A stretch of 62,903 bases of DNA, the filler included, from Reclinomonas americana ATCC 50394 (Eukaryota): the NCBI GenBank assembly GCA_048213135.1. It is 22 parts of 22 records of this genome, joined end to end, with 100 filler letters (N's around TTAATTAATTAA, not from the genome) between each part and the next. Parts side by side here need not be neighbours in the genome. Positions count along the whole stretch, not along the records: positions 1 to 7,213 come from AFZH01021777.1; positions 7,314 to 9,503 come from AFZH01021779.1; positions 9,604 to 13,198 come from AFZH01021780.1; 19 more parts are not named here. One strand, 5' to 3'. The notes under the pieces are model-generated. The model was not told where the DNA came from. It did not search any database and worked only from the letters and a program-made list of their open reading frames with translations. A program made the position numbers and the translations under genes. This document shows positions 1 through 10,057 of the stretch, one piece after another (within the stretch, counting starts at the first letter, position 1; each line of letters starts with the position of its first letter).

Positions 1-31
<31 letters not shown>

Positions 32-342
32 GCACACACATATATACCTTTCATGCAACAACGAATCGAACTTGAGTCCTTTCGCCTCCCGCGTCCCTCT
101 CTCCGTCACACCCCGCACTCTCTTCCTCACTCATCCATGACACGTGATACAGCAGGCGACCATCAAACAAGGGCGTGCTGCAGAAAGAAAGATACGTCGG
201 ATGTCCCGCATGACATTGATCTCACGACGCAGCACAACGCAAGACGCCACGAGAACAAGCCGACTGTGTGTGTGAGACGTTTGAGCGACAAGGTGCATCC
301 TGCTGACGAGCGAGAAAAGAAGCCAAGATCTGCGACGAGAAG

Positions 343-3300
343 ATGTCGGTGAGTTTTATTGATTGCGTGGGGGACGCTTGTTGTTCGCTTGCTTCCCCTC
401 TCCTCTCTCTCTCATCGCTTGTCGCTCACTGTCCTTGTGTGCATCACAGTTCTCTGTGAATGTGAGTGCGGCGCATGATTCGTCGCTGTCGGTGGTGGTG
501 GCGGGCATGTCGGCCATGTCCACTCTCGCAGACTTGCTGCGCGAGGCCACACGCTTGCTGCGTGAGAAGAGTGGAGATGGGGCGATGGAGATTGTGGGGG
601 TGGAGAAACCAGCACCGCATGATGTCGCAGTCGTGGGTGGTGTTCCAATCGCTGGACTTGGCATCAACTCATCCACTCATGTCGTCGTCCGTCTGACACA
701 TTGGGGGGCCCCGGAGTCGAGTGGAGGGAGTGGAAGTGAGAGTGGAAGGTATGTGTTTGTGAATCATCCTCTATGGCAGCATGTAACTCACTCTCAAGTC
801 CTCGCGCAGCAACTCGGAGCGAGTGACTCGGTTTGTTCTGCTTGCCTTCGTCATCCTCCTCTCCCTTCTTGTTCCTCTCTCGGGGTGAGTCTGTGCTGAC
901 TGTGTTCGTGTGCACGCACAGTATGATCAACTTAAATCGCATCAACATGGCCTTTGAGGTGGTGGAGGAGGCCATCCGCCTGCGCTGTCAACGCGCACTG
1001 TCGCATTTCAGTCGTGATCATTCCGACTTTGATGTGCGGGCGTGGGTGCCGAGTTTCACGCCTGCTGGCATGGATGCGGCGGCAGTGAAGGCATGGCGAG
1101 GGCGATATGCGCCAGTCATTGGATGGCAGGTCAAGTTGTTCGAGGAGAAGCAGCCGGTGGTGTTGGCCTGGCGTGCTGCATTCGACGCCGAATCCTCGTC
1201 CGACCCTCCGTGTGACGGTTTCGATACGACAGCACTAACCTCCATCATGCTGAATGGTGGTTTTGTTGAGGATGACGGTCACGAGCTGCTGCTGATTGAC
1301 GATGCTGATGAGCGGAAGGCCGTGGAGGAGCTGAATGATGTGAGGAAGGGATTGGCTCACAAGGACCTCGTGCTGACGGATGCCACTGTACAGCATTACA
1401 CTGGCGACGGTGGTGTTTTGCTCTCCATCCTCTCTCGACTGCAATTGATGGTTGATGAGCATGCTCGATATTCTGCTCGTATCTGTGAGGCACGCCACGT
1501 CGAACACTTCATCAGCACATTCGAGGAGCGACTGCATCGACTGGCAATGCGCGAGCTCTCTTTCTACCAAGAGGACGAGAGTGTGCGCAAGGACATGCAG
1601 ATGTATGTGCCGCTGCTGTGCTCACGTGAGCGTGATGTCTCGTCGAGAGACAAGATGACGGATCTGTTGACGGAGGTGGATGTCTTCCTCTCCGACACCA
1701 ACACCACGCAGCGTGTGTTGGTGCTGTTAGGCAATAGTGGAGCCGGCAAGACTAGCACCGTGTCGGTGCTGGCCGAGCGAGCATGGCGACAGTGGCAGAC
1801 GAGAGAGAGTCAACGAGTGCCGGTGCGTGTGCCTCTTGGTGCACTGCGCAATGCCGACGAGCGATTGTTGGAGGAGGCACTTGAACGACTGTCACCCGAG
1901 TTGGGATTCAGCGAGTCGGATGTACGACGGTTGAAGGAGGAGCCATTGCTGTTGTTGCTTGACGGGTACGACGAGTTGTATCGTGGCGTGAATGTGTTTG
2001 TCAAGAACCAACTCGATGTGTGTCGTGATATGAAGGTGATTATCACTTGTCGAGGTGATTACGCACTGACGGCACTGGGTGGTGTTGCGCAGTATCGACG
2101 GTACTTTGCACCAGTGGATGCACGCGGACAGTTGCGCATGCAACAGCTGATGGTGCGACACATTTCACCGTTCAACATGGAACAGATTGAGGAGTACTTT
2201 GAGCGCCTGGTGCAAGTGGTCGGTGATGACGATGACGATGACGGTGAGGTGCGATGGTCGACTGCCGAGGAGTACATTTGTGCACTGATGAGTGTACATG
2301 GACTGGATGCACTAGTGTCGAATCCGTTCCTGCTGGCAGTGGTGGCTCGTGTGTTGCCGCAGTTGGTGGCAAGTGGAGTGCAGCGACCGACTCGGCGTGA
2401 TGTGTTCGACCGATTCATCCGACAGTGGATTGAGAGGGAGCAGGAGAGGCAGACGCGTCTCGGTGCGGAGCGTGTGCCGAGTGTGGAGATGTGTTTGGCG
2501 TTCTGTGAGGGACTGGCACGGTTGATGCACGAGAGGAATGTGGTGCGTGTGTCTGTGACGGAGAGACGGTTAGGTGATGAGGAGGGTGACTTTGGTGGTG
2601 CGCCACTCGCCTTGCGACGAGTGGAGGAGGGAGTGTTTGACAAGTTCCTCGGTTACAAGAACCAGCATGTGCGTGTGTGCTGTCCGATTGTACGACGGTA
2701 TGGAACAAGTCAGTGGGGATTCGTGCATCTGTCTTTGCTGGAGCACTGTGTGACACGGCATGTGTGTGCATGGGAGGCGTGGGATGAGGAGAGAAGATTG
2801 ACGATGTGCACCGGCATGTGCTGGCAGTGCGATTGCTGAATGATCGACCGTCGTTGGTGGAGCAGATGGCCGAGGTGGTGCGACGATCTCCTGCGCTGCA
2901 AGCGAGACTGTGGGAGGTAATTGAGATATCACGGGAGGTGGATGAGGAGCGAGTGGCGAAGACAGCCGCGAATGCAGCGACGGTGTTGTGTGTGGCGCAA
3001 GTGTCGTTCAGTGGGCGCGATTTGTCGGGTGTGCGAGTGAGAGGTGCGGATTTGAGGGATGCGGCGATGCAGAGGACAGTGTGGAGGGGGGCGGACTTGC
3101 GAGGGGTGAATGTGTGCATGGCGTTCGCGAGGGAGGCGGATTTCAGAGGGGCGGATGTAACGGGGGTGAAGTGGCCGAGGAAGCCGATGGAGGGGCACAC
3201 GGAGGAGGTTAAGTCTGTTGCCGTGACACCCGATGGTCAGTACATTCTGAGTGGCAGTAAGGACAGGACTGTACGGGTGTGGTCGGTGGCAAGTGGCGAG

Positions 3301-6120
3301 GAAGTGCGCCGACTGTATGGCCACACGGGTCCGGTGCATGCAGTAGCAGTGACACCCGATGGTCAGTACATTGTAAGTGGTAGTGAAGACAAGACTGTAC
3401 GGGTGTGGTCGGTGGCAAGTGGCGAGGAGGTGCGCCGACTGGAAGGCCACACGTGGGAGGTGTGGGCAGTGGCGGTGACACCCGATGGCCAGCACATTGT
3501 AAGTGGCAGTCACGACAAGACTGTGCGATTGTGGTTGCTGGCAAGTGGCGAGGAGGTGCGCCGACTGGAAGGCCACACGAGTGAGGTGCATGCAGTGGCA
3601 GTGACACCCGATGGTCAACACATTGCAAGCGCCAGTGGGGACAAGACTGTACGGTTGTGGTCGGTGGCAAGTGGCGAGGAGGTGCGCCGACTGGAAGGCC
3701 ACACGAGTGTGGTGTATGCAGTGGCAGTGACACCCGACGGCCAGCACATTGTGAGCGGAGGTGGAGACCAGACTGTGCGAGTTTGGTCCCTGGCAAGTGG
3801 CAAGGAGGTGCGCCGACTGGAAGGCCACACGAGTGGGGTGCATGCAGTGGCAGTGACACCCGATGGCCAGCACATTGTGAGTGGCAGTGATGACAAGACT
3901 GTTCGAGTGTGGTCGGTGGCATGTGGCGAGGAGGTGCGCCGACTGGAAAGCCACACGAGGGAGGTGTGGGCAGTGGCAGTGACACCCGATGGCCAGCACA
4001 TTGTGAGTGGCAGTAAGGACAATACAGTACGGGTGTGGTCGGTGGCAAGTGGCGAGGAGGTGCGCCGACTGGAAGGCCACACGAGTGAGGTGCATGCAGT
4101 GGCAGTGACACCCGATGGCCAGCTTATCGTGAGTGGCAGTTTGGACGGGACAGTGCGGGTGTGGTCGCTTTCAAGTGAGTACGACGTGTGCCGACTAGAA
4201 GGCCACATGGATGCGGTGCTTGCAGTGACAGTGACACCCGATGGCCAGCATATTGTGAGTGGCAGTATGGATAATACTGTGCGATTATGGTCGGTGGCAA
4301 GTGGCGAGGAGGTGCGCCGACTGGAAGGCCACATGAGTGAGGTGTGGGCAGTGGCAGTGACACCCGATGGCAAGCTTATCGTGAGCGCCAGTGGGGACAA
4401 GACTGTACGGTTGTGGTCGGTGGCAAGTGGCGAGGAGGTGCGCCGACTGGAAGGCCACACGGGTGTGGTGTATGCAGTGGCAGTGACACCCGACGGCCAG
4501 CACATTGTGAGTGGCAGTGATGACAAGACTGTACGGGTGTGGTCCCTGGCAAGTGGCAAGGAGGTGCGCCGACTGGAAGGCCACACGAGTGGGGTGCATG
4601 CAGTGGCAGTGACACCCGATGGCCAGCACATTGTGAGTGGCAGTGATGACAAGACTGTTCGAGTTTGGTCGGTGACAAGTGGCGAGGAGGTACGTCGACT
4701 GGAAAGACACACGAGTGGGGTGTGTGCAGTGGCAGTGACACCCGATGGCCAGTATATTATGAGTGGCAGTTGGGATGAGACTATACGGGTGTGGTCGGTG
4801 GCAGGTAGCGAGGTGGTGCGCCGACTGGAAGGCCACACGAGTGGGGTGTGTGCAGTGGCGGTGACACCCGATGGCCATTACATTGTAAGTGGCAGTGGGG
4901 ACGAGACTGTACGGATGTGGTCGGTGGCGACTGGCGAGGAGGTACGTCGACTGGAAGGACACACGAGTGGGGTGCTTGCAGTGGCAGTGACACCCGTTGG
5001 TCAGCACATTGTGAGTGGCAGTTGGGACGAGACTGTACGGATGTGGTCGGTGGGAAGTGGCGAGGAGGTGCGCCGACTGGAAGGCCACACGAGTGAGGTG
5101 CATGCAGTGGCAGTGACACCCGATGGCCAGCATATTGTGAGCGCCAGTGGGGACAGGACTGTGCGATTGTGGTCGTTGGCAAGTGGCGAGGAGGTGCGCC
5201 GACTGGAAGGCCACACGAGTGTGGTGTATGCAGTGGCGGTGACACCCGATGGCCAGCACATTGTGAGTGGCAGTCATGACGGGACTGTACGGGTGTGGTC
5301 GGTGGCAAGTGGCGAGGAGGTACGCCGACTGGAAGGCCACACGCGTGAGGTGTGGGCAGTGGCAGTGACACCCGATGGCCAGCACATTGTAAGTGGCAGT
5401 CACGACAAGACTGTGCGATTGTGGTTGCTGGCAAGTGGCAAGAAGGTCCGCCAGTTGGAGGGCCACACGTGGGAGGTGTGGGCAGTGGCGGTGACACCCG
5501 ATGGCCAGCACATTGTGAGTGGCAGTAAGGACAAGACTGTGCGATTGTGGTTGCTGGCAAGTGGCGAGGAGGTGCGCCGACTGGAAGGCCACACGTGGGA
5601 GGTGTGGGCAGTGGCGGTGACACCCGATGGCCAGCACATTGTGAGTGGCAGTATGGACAATACAGTACGGGTGTGGTCAGTGGCAAGTGGCGAGGAGGTA
5701 CATCGGCTGGAAGGCCACACCAGTTGGGTTCTTGCAGTGGCAGTGACACCGGATGGTCGCTACATTGTGAGTGCATGTCGGGACAAGATTTTACGGGTGT
5801 GGTCGGTGGCAAGTGGCAAGAAGGTCCGCCAGTTGGAGGGCCACACGAGTAACGTTAATGCAGTGGCAGTGACATCCGATGGCCAGCACATTGTGAGTGG
5901 CAGTTCTGACAAGACTGTACGGGTGTGGTCGGTGGCAAGTGGCTCTGAGGCGCACCGACTAGAAGGCCACACTAGTGGGGTGCTTGCAGTTGCAATGACA
6001 CCCAATTACAAAGACATTTTCCCGCCTTGGAGTATTTCGCTTCTTGTGCGCCTTCGTGAGGAAATGCTCAAGCGTGTAATCGGCTCCTTCCTGCCTGATT
6101 TCGCCGATGTAATTCGGTGA
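343..6120 (+). CDS. NLR-like STAND protein, copy 1 (Ubl - HEPN-like - NACHT - pentapeptide - 22 WD40), interrupted by a frameshift near 2802; split gene or pseudogene
   Basis: Predicted exons 343-348, 450-748, 810-830, 922-2839 (stop), with the WD40 frame continuing 2806-6120. Walker A GNSGAGKT, Walker B LLLLDGYDE, sensor-1 IITCR, NPFLL, winged-helix FVHLSLLEH, pentapeptide ADLRD/ADLRG/ADFRG, then GH...W repeats. Alignment with copy 2 shows a 7-nt deletion at the frame switch. Confidence 0.9.
450..700 (+). other. N-terminal ubiquitin-like (beta-grasp) domain exon of NLR copy 1
   Basis: MS|FSVNVS...STLADLLREA...LGINSSTHVVVRL resembles the ubiquitin pattern (MQIFVK...TLSDYNIQKESTLHLVLRL). Copy 2 reads KLKTLGINSSIHLVVRL. 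Confidence 0.6.
923..1500 (+). other. HEPN-like (DZIP3/Swt1-type) putative RNase effector domain of NLR copy 1
   Basis: Helical region with FDTTALTSIML followed by R-x4-H (RKGLAH, 1343-1360). The paralog has the canonical RNELVH (11122-11139). Confidence 0.65.
3187..6003 (+). repeat. Tandem array of 22 full plus 1 partial 126-bp (42-aa) WD40 repeats
   Basis: Unit EGHTxxVxAVAVTPDGQHIVSGSxDxTVRVWSVASGEEVRRL, counted directly. DNA is nearly identical between units. Confidence 0.97.
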
Positions 6121-8244
6121 CAATTACGACTGCGTGCTTGCAATGTCCGTCTTGTTGTTGCATTGAGTTGATCGATAATGCGGATACGCATGTGATCCTT
6201 GCGCTCATCTTACGTGTCGTGGGCATTGATCGAGCTGCACAAGGTATCCTACTCGTTACCCGCTTCCTGTGTGCAGAGTAAGCTCAGCTATCTGACAAAG
6301 CACTACAGGTTTTTTGCCGTTGCCTCTGGCTGTATCTGCAGTCGATAACGGTGATCATTGGTCAAGTTTTCCGTAACACTGCGGGGAAGTCGATATTGTC
6401 AGGCGTGTCGTCTTCATCACTTCGCGTGTATTCGACAGCAATGCTTCATCCTCATATCATTGTAAACATTTGATGGGAATGCGTTCTTCGAGTTCCTGAA
6501 GCACATATGCGTCGTAATTTACTGGCAGGAGATGATACAAGAGTTGTCACTAGATCCCGACGAGTGCGCGTGTGATCACTGTGCAGTGGCTGATGGGAAT
6601 CGCGTGTTATGATTTCGCGGCGCGGATGTCGTTTGACTTGCTGTGCCGGCGACACGTGCGACACCGCGCCAATGTTCTTGGCGTGAGATGACACTGCGAA
6701 AAGTGTATTCTGGGCCTTTGTCGTTGACGCATGATCTCGAAAGCAAGGAATAGCAGTGGCAGTGAATGCCTGCGTGGTTCAGCGAGCATCATGAACGTGC
6801 AATATAGTTACTTATCCACTTCATGTATCCTCCACAATGAGAGAGACAAAGGAGACTCAAAACGCAGGAACACAACAAGTGGCAGACACAGAATCACACT
6901 CACAAAAACAATCACAATCATGCCGCAGTCACGATGGCGCGTGTTCATGCGGGCTGCGACAGTTCCGAGACGTCGGTGCTCAACTGAATGGTGGGCATGC
7001 GACTGTACATGCAGGCGGCCACTCCATGTTTTGGTCGAGTACACCAGAGACATCAATCGCATGATCGAGCATACCTCAAGCGTGGTCATGCTCACACTGC
7101 AACCGGCGTTGCATGACGGGAAAGAGAGAGAGAGAGAGAGGAGGACGAAGAGAGAGAGAGAGAGAGAGAGAAGAGAGAGAGAGAAGAAGAGAGAAGAAAT
7201 AGAAGAAGAGAGANNNNNNNNNNNNNNNNNNNNNNNNNNNNNNNNNNNNNNNNNNNNTTAATTAATTAANNNNNNNNNNNNNNNNNNNNNNNNNNNNNNN
7301 NNNNNNNNNNNNNTCTCTGTCTCTCTCTCTGTCTCTCTCTCTCGCTCTCCTTCCCTCCACCAACATTCGCCATAGCGTCCCTCCCCACTCGAAAATGATA
7401 TTCTCTCTCACTCCATTTCTCACCCCACATATTCACAATGGCCAATGACCAGACGTATCCCAGAAAGTATGAGAGGGATTCTCCACATTTCAGGCTTTCC
7501 TCTTTTTCACACGACCTCTCTCTCTCTCTCTGAATTCCCGTGTATCACGCTTATCATCCAAGCACGCGGTTCAACTGAGAACGCACACCATGAAATGTGA
7601 TCAAGAAAAGTGGATAGAGAGATATTGTGGTGGAAAAGAGAGTGAAGGAGAACATTGGGTGTGCGTGGATGAATGGATACAAGAGAGAAACACGGAGATG
7701 ACGAAATGAGACGAACAAAGAGCAGCAGGAACGAGAGAAAGCGAAAGCATGAGAGCACGAGAGCGACGGTGATGAGACGAAGAGAGACAACCACACACGG
7801 ATGGAGGATGCAGAGATATGCATGACAGACCACGAAAACTGAGCAAGAATACGCGCGCACACAGACGACGATCACACTCCCAAAGACCAAGGAGGTGAGA
7901 GTCGACGCCGAGAACCAGGGAAAAGGAGGAAATAAGGGAAAGACAGGAAGGAGAATGCAACGGATGGAAATGGAGGGAGATGCAAGAGGCTGCTTTCTCA
8001 CGCTAGGAGAGGAAGAGAGAAATAGAGAAGATTCAGGAGGAGACAGAAGGGATGAGAGGGGACGGAGAGGGGAAAAAAGGACAGGATGTCAACACGATAT
8101 GCACGGTGATGGAGACGATGAAGGCGATATGCAGAAAGAGACGAACCAACGGCACGTACACATGCATACACGCGACAGCAAGCACTCGAAAATGACGGAG
8201 GAAAGAAAACAGAAGATGAGGAAGAAGGAGAGAGAGGAGAGGGC

Positions 8245-8685
8245 GGAGAAGGAGAAGCACGTGTGCGTGTCCAGGCAGTATCACAAATGAGGTGAAAAGG
8301 GACGGAGAGCGGAGTGAGAGAGAGGAGAACCCTACAAGAACAAGCCCGACAGAGAGCAGCTCAGTGCGACAAGCATGTGTGTGGCAATGGTGATTCGCAG
8401 AGACGGAGATGTAAGACACAAGGGAGAGAAGATGAAGGGACAAGTACGCAGAAAGGGATGCAAATGGATGAAGGGTGGAAGTGGAGAGAAGAGTGGAGAG
8501 CGAGAGAGGAAAGGGTGGAGAAGGAGAAGCACGTGCGCGTGTTCAGGCAGTATCACAAATGAGGTGAAAAGAGACGGAGAGCGGAGTGAGAGAGGGGAGA
8601 ACCCTGCAAGAACAAGCCCGACAGAGCAGCTCAGCGCGACAAGCATGTGTGGCACAATAATGATCAGAGACGGAGATGCAAGACG
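8245..8685. repeat. Two ~170-bp direct repeats (~8245-8418 and ~8516-8684) in a purine-rich spacer
   Basis: GGAGAAGGAGAAGCACGTG...GACGGAGATG occurs twice. The paralogous region (~16640-16815) has one copy. Confidence 0.8.
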
Positions 8686-9450
8686 AAGGGAGGGAGAAGG
8701 GGCGAGTGCGAGAGAGAGAGAGAGGAGAGTGGGAGGGGGACGATGAACAAATGATGTATATGTGGGTGGGGGGAAGAGAGAGTAGGATCAGGACGGAGAG
8801 GCACACACGGGAAATGAATACAGGGAACACATGTGAAAACAATGCAAGACAACAGGCAAAAAGTGAAAGAGAGGCGCACGCATGCGGAAAGAGCAGGATG
8901 AGAGGAGAATGTGAGTGAATGAGAATGGATGCGAGGAGGATAAGCAGCGAGTACGCACGAAATACGGGAGGTGAGGGAAGCGGAGGAAGAAAAGGACGAT
9001 GTGAGTGATTCACACACACGGATGCGATTCGTACAAGGTATACAGACAAGCACGCACACGCGAGATGATGAGCACCCAAAGAAGGAAGAGAAGAGAGAAG
9101 AGAGTGTGTGAGAGAGAGAACGAGAAACGGAAGAGGGTGTTGATCAATCACGTCACACATGCGCGGTGCGCTCACACGAATCAATGACACGCATACATGC
9201 ACGCCGAGGAGGGTGAAGAGAGAGAGAGAAGAGAGCGCGAGAATGTGATCAATCACAACGAGAATGCAGCGCACATACGCACAGAGGCAAACAACGAGAC
9301 GCACATGCACATGCGCACGCGCAACAATGTTCACTCGGAGGAAAAAGAAGAGAGGGGAGAGAGAGAGGAGAGAGAAGGATTCATTTCTGCGTTCAATGCA
9401 CACTACGCGAAGAATTCTCTCCCTCTCTTTCTCACTCGCTCGCTCACTCG

Positions 9451-9493
<43 letters not shown>

Positions 9494-9694
9494 CGTCGTT
9501 ACCNNNNNNNNNNNNNNNNNNNNNNNNNNNNNNNNNNNNNNNNNNNNTTAATTAATTAANNNNNNNNNNNNNNNNNNNNNNNNNNNNNNNNNNNNNNNNN
9601 NNNAGAAGGAAGGTAAGTACGTTACTTCTTCGTTCGTTACTACGTACACACACACGACGAACGTACTACTCTCCTCTCTCTCTCCCCCCCCCTC

Positions 9695-9739
<45 letters not shown>

Positions 9740-10057
9740 CACACACACACACACACACCATTCACGCAACAACGAATCGAACTCGACTCCTTTCGCCTCC
9801 CACGTCCCTCTCTCCCTCACACCCCGCACTCTCTTCCTCACTCATCCATGACACGTGGCACAGCAGGCGACCATCAAACACGTGCGTGCTGCACAAAGAA
9901 AGATACGTCGGGTGTCCCGCATGACATTGACGATCTCACACGCACAGCACAACGCACACCGCCACGAGAACAAGCCGACTGTCTGTGTGAGACGTGTGAG
10001 CAACAAGGTACATCGTGCTGAAGAGCGAGAAGAGAAGCCAAGAATTGCAACGAGAAG

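Noticed and set aside
3187..6003. WD40 array as a CRISPR-like repeat/spacer locus or DGR target
   Set aside because: The units are in-frame coding repeats with point variation. There are no unique spacers, cas genes, template repeat or adenine-specific bias.
2929..6005. Long minus-strand and alternate-frame ORFs over the WD40 array
   Set aside because: Shadow frames of a GC-rich coding tandem repeat.
7314..9503. Many ORFs in the GA-rich spacer (also 14960-16928)
   Set aside because: Low-complexity translations, and the frames are not preserved between the duplicated copies.
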